Assembly (NCBI GenBank): GCA_963782445.1
Contig: CAWAJM010000001.1
Location: 2,854,179-2,918,178, forward strand
Direction of reading: 5' to 3'
DNA from: an uncultured Gammaproteobacteria bacterium
Lineage (GTDB): Bacteria > Pseudomonadota > Gammaproteobacteria > Steroidobacterales > Rariloculaceae
DNA length: 64,000 bases
A program made the translations under genes and the position numbers. Of the stretch, positions 10,048 to 18,947 are shown in pieces. The stretch's first letter is position 1. Every line of letters begins with the position of its first letter. Under the pieces are notes generated by a model. The model was given only the letters and a program-made list of their open reading frames with translations. It was not told where the DNA came from and did not search any database.

Positions 10048-10947
10048 TCAGGTGGCGGAGCCGGGCACTTTGACGACGAGCACGTCGCCCGCGGCGTCGT
10101 GCAGCACACGGTCGGCCGTACTGCCGATGAACAGGCTCCGGATCGGGCCGCGCGGCACGGCACCGAGCACGAGCAGCGTGTGCGGCTCGCGCGCGCGCTC
10201 GCCGAGCACCTCGCCGGGGCGACCTTCGACGATGGTGCCCGCTGCTGCCGGCAGGCCCGCTTCGGTGACGAGCCGCGCGAATGCCTCGCGGCGCCCGGCC
10301 TCCAGCGAGCCCTGGACGTCGTCGACCATGACGGCATCGAGCCCGGAATCCGCGACGATCAGCGCAAGCGGCGTGAAGCAATGCACGACCTCGAGCCGTG
10401 CGGCACAGAGGTCCCGAAACAGCTTGGCCGCCGCGAGCACCGCGAGATCGAGCGAGGCGGGCTTGCCGTGCTCGCGCGCCGGGTCCACGCCCGCAACGAC
10501 CCGCTCGTAGGGCTCGCCGCCCCGGGCGCGCGCGACGAGCACGGGCACGGGACACGTAGCCACGAGCCGCCAGTCGTCGTGCGAGAACCGTCCCGCCGGC
10601 CCGCTCGGCTCCGTGACGACAAGCTCCGCGCGGCCACTGAGGGCCTCGCGGGCCGCGCCGTCTGCACGCGGATGGCTCCAGACCGCGCGCGCCTCGGCCC
10701 GCAGGCCGCGCTTGCGCAGGGCCGCGGCGATCGCCTCGGCGGCGCCCCGCCGTTCCTCGACGAGGCGGTCGCGCAGCGACGCATAGACCTCCGGATGGCC
10801 GAGATAGCCTTCGAGGTGCGGATCGTGAACCAGGGCCAGAACGTCGACGGCAGCGCCGGCGCGCTCGGCGATGGCTGCGGTACGCCGCACGGCGGCGGCA
10901 TCGGCGGTGGTGCCCCTCTCGGCGAGCAGCAGAAGCTTTTCGATCAT
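10048..10947 (-). CDS. Tandem universal stress protein (UspE-like, two Usp domains)
   Basis: ORF 10048..10992. The start is ATG 10947 (MIEKLLLL) or 10959. It has two Usp-like halves. The second ends with the typical LVLGAVPRGPIRSLFIGSTADRVLHDAAGDVLVVK. Confidence 0.7.
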   Translation of the reverse strand: MIEKLLLLAERGTTADAAAVRRTAAIAERAGAAVDVLALVHDPHLEGYLGHPEVYASLRDRLVEERRGAAEAIAAALRKRGLRAEARAVWSHPRADGAAREALSGRAELVVTEPSGPAGRFSHDDWRLVATCPVPVLVARARGGEPYERVVAGVDPAREHGKPASLDLAVLAAAKLFRDLCAARLEVVHCFTPLALIVADSGLDAVMVDDVQGSLEAGRREAFARLVTEAGLPAAAGTIVEGRPGEVLGERAREPHTLLVLGAVPRGPIRSLFIGSTADRVLHDAAGDVLVVKVPGSAT

Positions 10948-11042
10948 GCGGGCAAGCATAGAGGGCCCGGCCGCGCCGTCCCATCTCGGCATCTACGAAT
11001 CCGCGCGACGTCAAATGCCGGCATGGACGGTACACTCTGACA

Positions 11043-13718
11043 ATGCAACCTCTCTACCTTCGTACCCTCCAGGATCTCGTCGCATCTTTCGGCGCCCGCG
11101 GCGACAAGCAGGCCCTCGTCGCCTTCGGCGCGGATTCGAGCGAAACCTTGAGCTTCGACGCCTTGGGGGCCCGCATCGCGGACATCGCCGGCGGCCTGAC
11201 CGAGCGGGGCATCCGCCCGGGCGATCTCGTCCTGCTGTGCGGTCCCAACGGCCCCGGCTGGGCGGCGGCCTACTTCGGCATCGTGGCGGCCGGCGCGACG
11301 GCGGTGCCGGTCGACGATCAGTCCGGGCCCGAGACGCTGATCGGCGTGCTGCGCCACAGCGGCGCACGTTTCGCCTTCACGAGCCGCCGCCACCTCGACG
11401 CGCTCGGCGACGTACCCGAGAGACCTCAGGCTTTCGCCCTGCTCGAGGCGGGTGCCGAGGACCCGCTCGCGTACTCGCGCATCAAGGCCGACGGTCCGGT
11501 CGAGCTGCCCGCGCCCGACCCGGCCCGCATCGCCTCCCTTGTCTACACGTCCGGCACGACGGGCAACCCGAAGGCGGTACCGCTCACGCATGCGAACCTC
11601 GCCGCCGACGCCAACGCGCTCATGCGCGCCGGGCTCATCGGCGCCAGCGACCGCGTGCTGCTGCCGCTGCCGATGCATCACAGCTATCCGTTCACGGTCG
11701 GGCTGCTGCTCGTGCTCGGCATGGGCGCGACGCTCGTGCTGCCGTCCGGCATGTCGGGCCCCGAGATCACGGGGGCGCTCAAGGCCGGCGACGCGACCGC
11801 AATGCTCGGCGTGCCGAGCCTGTACGCGGCGGTCTGGCAAGGCATCACGACGCGCGTCGAGGCCGGCGGCGGAAGGCAGGCGCGGCTCTTTCGCCGGCTG
11901 CTCGCGGTGAGCCGCCGCACGACGCGCCTGACCGGGCTGCGCCCCGGCAAGCTGCTGTTCCGCCCGCTGCACGCCAACCTCGGCAAACGGCTCAGGATTC
12001 TCGGCTGCGGCGGCGCAAAGCTCGATCCGCAGCTCGCGCGGGATCTCGAGACGCTCGGCTGGACGGTGCTCTCCGGCTACGGCCTGACCGAGACCTCGCC
12101 CGTGCTCACGTTCAACTCGCGGCGCGGGCGCCGCCTCGATTCCGAAGGCCGCGCGCTGCCGGGCGTCGAGATTAGAATCGCGGAGGCGAGCGATCCGGCG
12201 CAAGGCGAGATCCTCGCACGGGGCCCGAACGTCTTCGCCGGCTACTGGAACAACCCCGACGCGACGCGCGAGGCGTTCACGGCCGACGGCTGGTTTCGCA
12301 CCGGCGACCTCGGCTGGCTCGACGCCGAGGGTTATCTGCACGTCGCCGGCCGGCTCAAGGAGGTTATCGTGCTCGCGGGCGGCAAGAACGTCTTCCCGGA
12401 GGACGTCGAGCCGACCTACGGAGCCTCGCCCCTGCTGCGCGAGATCGCGCTGCTCGAGCGCGAGGGCCGGCTCGTCGCGCTCGCGGTGCCGGACGAGGAC
12501 GAGCTGCGCCGGCGCGGCGGCCTCGGTGCCGTGCGCCTGATCGGCGACGAGCTCGAGCGGCTCGGCATGCAGCTGCCGCCGTACGAGCGCCTCATGGACT
12601 TCCGGGCCGTGCGCGAGCCGCTGCCGCGGACGCGCCTGGGCAAGCTGCGCCGGCACCTGCTGCTCGACCTCTACGAGCGCGCCGGGCAGCGCTCTCTCGA
12701 GGAACAGCCGGTCGATCTCAGCGCCGAAGACAAGCAGCTCGTCGAGGCCTCGCCGACGACGCAGGGCGTCTGGCAGTGGCTCGCCGAGCGCTATCCGGAC
12801 CGGCACCTCTATCTCGACATGAGCCCGCAGCTGGATCTGCAGATCGACTCGCTGGGTTGGGTCACGCTGACGCTCGAGCTCGAGCAGCGCTTCCGTGTCG
12901 CCCTCTCGGGCGCGGCTGTGAGCCGCGTGCTGACGCTGCGGGACCTTCTGACCGAAGTTCACCGCGCCGAGCAGAGCGGCGCCACGACGCCCGCCGCCGG
13001 CGGGCCGCGCCCGGCGCCGCCGCGGCCCGGGCCCGTGCTCGGGGCGCTCGGCGCGGGCCTCTTCGCTCTCGACCGCGCGCTCATGCGCACGCTGTTCAGC
13101 CTCTCGGTCACGGGCCAAGAGCGCGTGCCGAGCGAGGGCCCGCTCGTCTTCGCGCCTAACCACGAGAGCTTTCTGGATCCCGCGGCCATCGCGGCCGCAC
13201 TGCCGCCCGGGATGCTGCGGCGAGTGCATTGGGCCGGCTGGGTCGGCGTCATGTTCGCGGGCCCGGTCAGCCGCCTCGTGAGCCGCGCGACGGGCGTATT
13301 CCCCGTGGACCCGGACCAGGACCTCGCGGGAGCCATCGGCACCGCGCGCGCCGTGCTCGAGCAGGGCGACTCGCTCGTCTGGTTCCCCGAAGGCCGCCGC
13401 TCGCTCGACGGCCGGCTCCTGCCCTTCCGCCCGGGCATCGGCGCATTGCTCGAGCATCAGACCTGCCGCGTCGTGCCGACGTTCGTGCAGGGCAGCTTCG
13501 AGGCCTGGCCGCCGACGCGCAAGCTGCCTCGCCGCCATCCGGTCAGCATCGCCTTCGGGCCGAGCGCGTCGGTGGCCGAGCTTGCGGCGGAGGGGGAAGG
13601 CGATTCGGAGCCGGCGCGCATCCGCAGCGCGCTCGAGCGCCGCGTCCAGGCGCTGGCCGCGCAGTTCGGAGCCCCCCCGGAAAGTCCGGACTCGACTAAG
13701 CTCGGCCCCGCGCGGTAA
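11043..13718 (+). CDS. Tri-domain fusion: AMP-dependent fatty-acyl ligase, carrier (PP-binding) domain, and PlsC-type lysophospholipid acyltransferase
   Basis: The protein is 891 aa. AMP-binding motifs are LVYTSGTTGNPKAV, GYGLTETS, TGDLG and GGKNVFPEDVE. The carrier-domain Ser motif is LQIDSLGWVTLTLELEQRF. The acyltransferase H(X)4D motif is NHESFLD, with FPEGRRS downstream. Confidence 0.8.
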   Translation: MQPLYLRTLQDLVASFGARGDKQALVAFGADSSETLSFDALGARIADIAGGLTERGIRPGDLVLLCGPNGPGWAAAYFGIVAAGATAVPVDDQSGPETLIGVLRHSGARFAFTSRRHLDALGDVPERPQAFALLEAGAEDPLAYSRIKADGPVELPAPDPARIASLVYTSGTTGNPKAVPLTHANLAADANALMRAGLIGASDRVLLPLPMHHSYPFTVGLLLVLGMGATLVLPSGMSGPEITGALKAGDATAMLGVPSLYAAVWQGITTRVEAGGGRQARLFRRLLAVSRRTTRLTGLRPGKLLFRPLHANLGKRLRILGCGGAKLDPQLARDLETLGWTVLSGYGLTETSPVLTFNSRRGRRLDSEGRALPGVEIRIAEASDPAQGEILARGPNVFAGYWNNPDATREAFTADGWFRTGDLGWLDAEGYLHVAGRLKEVIVLAGGKNVFPEDVEPTYGASPLLREIALLEREGRLVALAVPDEDELRRRGGLGAVRLIGDELERLGMQLPPYERLMDFRAVREPLPRTRLGKLRRHLLLDLYERAGQRSLEEQPVDLSAEDKQLVEASPTTQGVWQWLAERYPDRHLYLDMSPQLDLQIDSLGWVTLTLELEQRFRVALSGAAVSRVLTLRDLLTEVHRAEQSGATTPAAGGPRPAPPRPGPVLGALGAGLFALDRALMRTLFSLSVTGQERVPSEGPLVFAPNHESFLDPAAIAAALPPGMLRRVHWAGWVGVMFAGPVSRLVSRATGVFPVDPDQDLAGAIGTARAVLEQGDSLVWFPEGRRSLDGRLLPFRPGIGALLEHQTCRVVPTFVQGSFEAWPPTRKLPRRHPVSIAFGPSASVAELAAEGEGDSEPARIRSALERRVQALAAQFGAPPESPDSTKLGPAR

Positions 13719-13729
13719 TTTGGCCCATT

Positions 13730-14170
13730 ATGGCTATCGTAAGAAATTGCCCGAACTGCGGGCGCCGCAACCGGATCCCCGAGGCGCACTTGTCGGACAC
13801 GGGACGCTGCGGCTCCTGCCGCGAGCCGCTGCCGCCCCTCGCGGCGCCGCTCGAGGTCGGCAGCCACGAATTTCGCGCCATCGTGGCCGCGGCCCGGGTC
13901 CCGATTCTCGTCGACTTTTGGGCCGCCTGGTGCGGCCCGTGCAAGATGGCGGCGCCCGAGGTCGCGCGCGTCGCGGAGGCGATGGCCGGGCGCGCGCTCG
14001 TGCTCAAGGTCGACACCGAGACGGCCCCGGACCTCGCGGCCGAGTACAACGTCCGCAGCATCCCGAACTTCGCTGTGTTCGCCAACGGCTCGCTCGTATT
14101 TCAGCAGGCCGGGCTCGTGAACCACAGCCGGATGCAGACGTGGCTCGAGCAGGCTGCGGCGGCCGCATGA
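13730..14170 (+). CDS. trxC: Thioredoxin 2 with N-terminal zinc-finger extension
   Basis: The N-terminus has CPNCGRRNRIP...CGSC (two CxxC pairs). The active site is WAAWCGPCK. The tail matches the thioredoxin fold (VDTETAPDLAAEYNVRSIPNFAVFANG). Confidence 0.85.
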   Translation: MAIVRNCPNCGRRNRIPEAHLSDTGRCGSCREPLPPLAAPLEVGSHEFRAIVAAARVPILVDFWAAWCGPCKMAAPEVARVAEAMAGRALVLKVDTETAPDLAAEYNVRSIPNFAVFANGSLVFQQAGLVNHSRMQTWLEQAAAAA

Positions 14171-14202
14171 AACGTGTTCACACTCGAGGAGCGTCAAGCG
14201 CC

Positions 14203-14610
14203 ATGAAATCGACTGCTGCCACCGCCACGATCGCCTTGCTGGTCCTCGCCGCCGGGAGCGCCGCGGCGGCCGAGAACGCCGCCTCCGGCTCACAGATCTA
14301 TGCCAACAACTGCGCCTCCTGCCACGGGCCGACGGGCGAAGGCAACGGCCCCGTCGCCGCCGTTCTCAACGTCAACGTGCCGAATCTGCGCAACCTCGCC
14401 GAGCGCAATCACGGCGTCTTCCCGACGGCCGATGTGCGCGCCTACATCGACGGCCGCAATCTGCCGGCCGCCCATGGCGACCGCTACATGCCGATCTGGG
14501 GCGCCGAGTTCGGCTGGGGCGGCAAAGGCAAAGCGGCCACCGAAAAGCTCATTGCAGAGCGCATCGACGCGGTCGTCGACTACCTCAAAAAGCTCCAGTA
14601 CCGGAAGTAA
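14203..14610 (+). CDS. Periplasmic monoheme class I cytochrome c
   Basis: This is the C-terminal part of artefactual ORF 13582..14610. The start is ATG 14203, or ATG 14167 overlapping the trxC stop. The signal peptide is MKSTAATATIALLVLAAGSAAAA. There is a single heme motif, CASCHG, and a distal M in YMPIWG. Confidence 0.7.
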   Translation: MKSTAATATIALLVLAAGSAAAAENAASGSQIYANNCASCHGPTGEGNGPVAAVLNVNVPNLRNLAERNHGVFPTADVRAYIDGRNLPAAHGDRYMPIWGAEFGWGGKGKAATEKLIAERIDAVVDYLKKLQYRK

Positions 14611-14621
14611 CCGAAGCCGAT

Positions 14622-15236
14622 TCAGATCTGGCGGATGCTGCCGACGATGCGCACGAGCTCGGCCAGCGAACGCACGCCCATCTTGTGCATGACGCGGGCG
14701 CGATGCAGTTCGACGGTGCGCTGGCTCACGCCGAGATCGAGCGCGATGACCTTGTTGGCATGGCCCTGCACGACCTTGTCCATGACCTCGGTCTCGCGCG
14801 GCGTCAGCGTCTTGAGGCGTTTGCGCGCCCGCGCGACCGACTCGTCCTCGTTGCGGCGCTCGCGGTCCGCCTGCAGCGCCTTGTGGATGCGGTCCAGCAG
14901 GTCCTGATCGCGAAAGGGCTTCTGAATGAAATCCGCGGCGCCGGCCTGCATGGCGGTGACGGCCATCGGCACGTCGCCGTGCCCGGTGACGAAGATGATC
15001 GGAATCTCCGCCTGCCGTGAGTTGAGCTCTTCCTGCAGCTCGAGACCGCTCAGGCCCGGCATGCGAATGTCGGCGACGAGGCAGCTCACGCGCGACGGCT
15101 CGTAGCCCTCGAGAAACGCATTGCCCGAAGAATACGTCTCGCACGGCAGCCCCACCGATTTCAGCAGCAACCGCAACGAATCGCGCACGGCGTCGTCGTC
15201 GTCGACGACGTAAACGACCGAAGACTCTTCACTCAC
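14622..15236 (-). CDS. fixJ: FixJ-type response regulator (REC + LuxR/NarL HTH)
   Basis: VVYVVDDDDAVRDSL...ADIRMPGLSGLELQEEL...IIFVTGHGDVPMAVTAMQAGAADFIQKPF is followed by LTPRETEVMDKVVQGHANKVIALDLGVSQRTVELHRARVMHKMG. It lies 4 nt downstream of the fixL-like gene. Confidence 0.8.
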   Translation of the reverse strand: MSEESSVVYVVDDDDAVRDSLRLLLKSVGLPCETYSSGNAFLEGYEPSRVSCLVADIRMPGLSGLELQEELNSRQAEIPIIFVTGHGDVPMAVTAMQAGAADFIQKPFRDQDLLDRIHKALQADRERRNEDESVARARKRLKTLTPRETEVMDKVVQGHANKVIALDLGVSQRTVELHRARVMHKMGVRSLAELVRIVGSIRQI

Positions 15237-15239
15237 GCT

Positions 15240-16382
15240 TCACTCCCCAGAATAGCCCGGCAATGAGACCGAGAACTCGGCCCCGCCCTGCGGGAGGCTC
15301 TCGTAGGAGAGCGTCCCGCCGTGAGCCTGCACGATCGTCTGGCTGACCGCCAGTCCCACGCCGAGCCCTTCCGGCTTGCTCGTCACGAAGGGGTGGAAGA
15401 TCGAGGCGCCGAGCCGGGCGTCGACGCCGGGCCCCAAGTCCGCGACCGCGATGCAAAGACCGCCGGCGCCGTCGGCCCGCGTCTCGATGCGCAGTACGCG
15501 CCCGGCCGAACCGACGTCCTGCATCGCTTCGACGGCATTACGCGTGAGGTTCAGCACGACCTGCTGCAACTGCATGGCATTGCCGTGGACCCGCGGCAGG
15601 CCCTCGGCCAGGTCGAGCTCGATGGCGACGCCGCCGGCCCGCGCATCGGCCTCGACGAGCCCGAGGACGTCGCGGATCACGCGATTCACGTCGAGCGCTT
15701 CGAGCTCAGCCTCGTGCTTGCGCACGAAGCTGCGCAGATTCTCGATGACCTGGCTCGCACGCCGCGCCTGCTCGGCGATCGCGCCGCAGGCTTGACTCAA
15801 CGAGGCCAGATCGGGCTCGGTCCCGGCCACGAGCCGCTTCGCGGCCTGCGCATAAGTCGCGATCGCGCTCAGCGGCTGGTTGATCTCGTGGGCAATGCCG
15901 GCGGCCATCTCGCCCATGAGGCTGAACCGGCCGACGTGCGCCAACTGCGCCTCGAGCAGCCGGCGCTCGCGCTCGGCGGCGCGCATCTCGGAGAGATCCC
16001 GGACGATGCCGACGAAGCTCCGGCCGGCGGAGCCGACCGCCTCGCCTATCGAGAGCCAAATGGGCACCCGCTCGCCCGACTTGCGCAGGGCCTCGACCTC
16101 GCGGCCGATGCCGATGACGCGGGCCTCGCCTTCGCACAGATACCTTTTGACATAATCATCGTGCAGCGAGGCATGCGGCTCCGGCATCAGGCGCGCGACG
16201 GGCGTGCCGACGACCTCTTCGGCGCGGTAGCCGAACAGCTGCTCGGCCGCGGGATTGAACGACGTGACGCGGCCGCGCTCGTCGATCGTGATGATGGCGT
16301 CGACGGCCGCGGCCAGCAGCGCATCGAGCTCCGCGCCTCGGTTCGCCTGGGCCGACGTTTCCGTCTCGTGCGTTTCTACCAT
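15240..16382 (-). CDS. fixL: Soluble heme-PAS oxygen-sensor histidine kinase (FixL-like)
   Basis: The PAS block AIITIDERGRVTSFNPAAEQLFGYRAEEVVGTPVARLMPEPHASLHDDYVKRYLCEGEARVIGIGREVEALRKSGERVPIWLSIGEA is collinear with the Bradyrhizobium FixL heme pocket as I recall it (MPEP..RHDSYISRY...IIGIGR...HLSIGE). The kinase core has GEMAAGIAHEINQPL, LTRNAVEAM, DLGPGV and GLGVGLAV. No TM segment is present. Confidence 0.8.
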   Translation of the reverse strand: MVETHETETSAQANRGAELDALLAAAVDAIITIDERGRVTSFNPAAEQLFGYRAEEVVGTPVARLMPEPHASLHDDYVKRYLCEGEARVIGIGREVEALRKSGERVPIWLSIGEAVGSAGRSFVGIVRDLSEMRAAERERRLLEAQLAHVGRFSLMGEMAAGIAHEINQPLSAIATYAQAAKRLVAGTEPDLASLSQACGAIAEQARRASQVIENLRSFVRKHEAELEALDVNRVIRDVLGLVEADARAGGVAIELDLAEGLPRVHGNAMQLQQVVLNLTRNAVEAMQDVGSAGRVLRIETRADGAGGLCIAVADLGPGVDARLGASIFHPFVTSKPEGLGVGLAVSQTIVQAHGGTLSYESLPQGGAEFSVSLPGYSGE

Positions 16383-16484
16383 GGATGGATTCCGACTCAG
16401 CGCGGCCGTCGGCTCACGCCCCTGGCCGCCGCACTATAAACTTGGGCGCAGATTGCAGGCAAAGCGCCCGGGGAGGTATCCGCA

Positions 16485-17417
16485 ATGACCGAAGGGGACC
16501 GTATTCTCGTCGTCGTCGATCCGACGGCCGATGCGCAGCCCGCGTTCGAGCGCGGCCTGTGGCTCGCGGAGCGGCTCGGCGCCGCCCTCGAGCTTTTCAT
16601 CTGCGACTACGACGCCCATCTGGCGGGCAAACGCTTCTACGATGCCGATTCGCTGGGCCGCGCGCGAGAGACCCGGCTCGAGGCGGACGGCGCCCGGCTC
16701 GCCGCGCTGGCCGCCCAAGCCGAGGCACGCGGCGTGCCTGCTTCCGTGGACGTGCAATGGGACCACCCGCTGCATGCGGGCATCGTGAGAAAGACGGCAG
16801 CAACTCGGCCTGCCTTCGTCCTCAAGGACACGCATTACCACGAGCTCATCCGCCGCTCGATCTTCTCCAACACCGACTGGCAATTGATCCGCGAATGCCC
16901 GGCCCCGCTTTGGCTCGTCAAGCCCCACGAGCCGGCTACCCGCCCCGTGTTCCTCGCGGCCGTCGATCCGCTGCACGAGCGCGACAAACCGGCTGATCTC
17001 GATCGTGAGATCGTCGCCCTCGCACGGCGGCTCGGCGACGCGCTCGGCGGCCGGCTCGAGCTGTTTCACGCGTTCGATCCGACGCCGGCCTTCGCGGCCT
17101 CCGGCGATGCGAACGGAATCGCACTCGCGGCCCCGGATGGCGTCCTCGACGAGCTGCGCGTCATGCACGCCGAGGCCGTGCGCGCGCTGGCCGCGGCGCA
17201 CGGCGTGCCGGACGCGCGCGTCCACGTGCTCGACGGCGGGACACGCGAGCTGCTCGTCGACCTCGTCGGCCGTCTTGCGGCCGACTGCGTCGTCATGGGC
17301 GCCGTCTCGCGCAACGCGCTGCAGCGGCTCTTTCTCGGCAGCACGGCCGAAGAAGTGCTCGATCGGCTGCCTTGCGACGTGCTCGTCGTCAAGCCGCCGT
17401 CGGTGCCGCGGACATAG
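16485..17417 (+). CDS. Tandem universal stress protein (UspE-like)
   Basis: The protein is 310 aa with two Usp halves. It opens with ILVVVDPTADAQPAFERGLWLAERLGAALELFICDY and ends with VVMGAVSRNALQRLFLGSTAEEVLDRLPCDVLVVK. Confidence 0.75.
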   Translation: MTEGDRILVVVDPTADAQPAFERGLWLAERLGAALELFICDYDAHLAGKRFYDADSLGRARETRLEADGARLAALAAQAEARGVPASVDVQWDHPLHAGIVRKTAATRPAFVLKDTHYHELIRRSIFSNTDWQLIRECPAPLWLVKPHEPATRPVFLAAVDPLHERDKPADLDREIVALARRLGDALGGRLELFHAFDPTPAFAASGDANGIALAAPDGVLDELRVMHAEAVRALAAAHGVPDARVHVLDGGTRELLVDLVGRLAADCVVMGAVSRNALQRLFLGSTAEEVLDRLPCDVLVVKPPSVPRT

Positions 17418-17427
17418 TCCGGGCGAA

Positions 17428-17448
17428 CCGGAAGCACAGCGCTTCCGG
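17428..17448. terminator. Hairpin between convergent usp and hsp20 genes (possible bidirectional terminator)
   Basis: CCGGAAGC-acagc-GCTTCCGG forms a perfect 8-bp stem. No clear U-tract follows on either strand. Confidence 0.35.
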
Positions 17449-17471
17449 CTGCCCGTCGCTGCGCATCGCGC

Positions 17472-17891
17472 TCAGCCGATGTCGACTTGGACGCGGCGAG
17501 GCTGCTTCGCTTCGCTCTTCGGCAGATGGACCCTCAAGACGCCGTCCTTTGAATCGGCGCTGATCTTCGTCTGATCCACGTCCTCCGGCAGCGCGAAACT
17601 GCGGGCGAAGCGGCCATAGAACGCCTCGCGACGATGCTCCTTCTCGTTGTCCGTGGACTTCTCGACGCGGCGCTCGCCGCTCAGCGTCAGCACACCGTTC
17701 TCGACGCTGATGTCGATGTCCTCTTTCTTGACCTCCGGAAGGTCGGCCTTGATCAGGTATTCCTTGTCGTTTTCGACGATGTCGGCGGACGGCCGCCACT
17801 GCATGTTGTCCCCCGCCGGGCTCATATCGCGCGCATAGCGCGAGAACAGCTGGTCCAGCTCACGAAAGGGGCTCCAGGTAATCAGGTTCAT
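17472..17891 (-). CDS. Small heat shock protein, Hsp20/alpha-crystallin family
   Basis: Part of ORF 17472..17957. The start is ATG 17891 after GGAGGA. It reads PSADIVENDKEYLIKADLPEVKKEDIDISVENGVLTLSGERR...FYGRFARSFALPEDVD..KISADSKDGVLRVHLPK. Confidence 0.85.
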   Translation of the reverse strand: MNLITWSPFRELDQLFSRYARDMSPAGDNMQWRPSADIVENDKEYLIKADLPEVKKEDIDISVENGVLTLSGERRVEKSTDNEKEHRREAFYGRFARSFALPEDVDQTKISADSKDGVLRVHLPKSEAKQPRRVQVDIG

Positions 17892-17930
17892 GATCTGTCC
17901 TCCTGCAATTGGGACTGCGAGACAACGACT

Positions 17931-17958
17931 ACATTGAGACGGCAGCTCGTTTTTCAAG
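17931..17958 (-). promoter_or_regulatory. Sigma32-like heat-shock promoter upstream of hsp20
   Basis: The minus strand reads CTTGAAA-N13-CTCAATGTA, against the consensus CTTGAAA-N13-17-CCCCATNTA. The -10 ends about 40 nt upstream of ATG 17891. Confidence 0.4.
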
Positions 17959-17964
17959 GCCGCC

Positions 17965-18756
17965 TCACCCGGGGACGACTACGATGTCGGCGTCTACGGC
18001 ATCGACGATGCGTTCCGCCGTAGCGCCGATGATGCGCGCGCGGTCATCGAGCCCTTCCGGCGCGCAGCCGACGACGAGCACGCCGACGCCGAGCCGCACG
18101 GCGACCTCGGCGATGGCGCGAGGGACCGGACCGGCCGCGACGTGCGTACGCTCATGCGGCAGACTGCAGCGCTCCGCGAGCGCCTGTCGATCGTCGGACG
18201 CGGCCGGGCCCTCGGTGACCGTCACAGCATGCAGCTCGGCGCCGAGCGCGTCCGCGATGCCGCGCGCCGCGGCAATCACGGCCGCATCGGGCTCGCCGGC
18301 GGCCGTGCGCGCGCCCAGCTTGACGGCCGCGAGCACGACGTTGGGCGCTTGCGGCGCGTTCGGACTCACTAACAGCGTCGGGCAGCCCATGCTCCCGAGC
18401 AACGTGAAGTCCGTCGTCTTCATTAGATGCCGCGCGAGCGCAGTCTGGCGATTCGCCGTCTTGACGACGAGCTGGCTGCCCGATGCAATGGCCGCGCGCG
18501 CCATCGCGTCCCGCCATTCCGGGTCCCAGCCGACCTCGATCGAGGCCCGTGTGCCGCGCCCGCGCGTGCCCGCCGCGAGCCGCTCGAGCCACGAGCGCGT
18601 CCGTTCCACGTTAGCGATCTTCGCGTGCTGATCGAAAGCGAGCCGGCTGTCGTAGCAGCAGCAGTACAACAGCAGCTCGGCGGCGCTGCGCTCGGCGATC
18701 CACTCGGCCCTCTCGAGCGCAGGCTGCACGAGCCTCGTCGGATCCAGCACGGCCAT
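17965..18756 (-). CDS. Tandem universal stress protein (third paralog)
   Basis: ORF 17965..18861. The likely start is ATG 18756 (MAVLDPTR...). It has a two-domain Usp layout. The C-terminus VLVVGCAPEGLDDRARIIGATAERIVDAVDADIVVV resembles the other two paralogs. Confidence 0.65.
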   Translation of the reverse strand: MAVLDPTRLVQPALERAEWIAERSAAELLLYCCCYDSRLAFDQHAKIANVERTRSWLERLAAGTRGRGTRASIEVGWDPEWRDAMARAAIASGSQLVVKTANRQTALARHLMKTTDFTLLGSMGCPTLLVSPNAPQAPNVVLAAVKLGARTAAGEPDAAVIAAARGIADALGAELHAVTVTEGPAASDDRQALAERCSLPHERTHVAAGPVPRAIAEVAVRLGVGVLVVGCAPEGLDDRARIIGATAERIVDAVDADIVVVPG

Positions 18757-18947
18757 GACCTTGGCGATAGGAATCGGCACCTTCGTCAACCCAGGGTTTC
18801 CCGCCTCGCAGTGGCGCAAAGGATGCGGCGCGGCGCCAATCCCGAGAATAAGTAGATGCACGTAGCGATGGCGGCAAATGCGGATTGCCGCAAACGCCGC
18901 TCTCGCCCATCATGGGCAGGTCGAGAAAAAGAACCAAAGGGCCGCTC

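Noticed and set aside
13582-14610. A 342-aa ORF overlapping the end of the ligase fusion gene and all of trxC
   Set aside because: Only the last roughly 135 aa, from ATG 14203, form a credible protein (signal peptide plus a CxxCH cytochrome c). The upstream part is out of frame with trxC and has no features.
16383-16484. FNR/FixK boxes (TTGAT-N4-ATCAA) in the stress-island intergenic regions (also 10948..11042, 17892..17964 and 18757..18947)
   Set aside because: I read both strands of each region and found no acceptable match. Only short TTGC/GCAA palindromes are present, and these are reported separately at low confidence.
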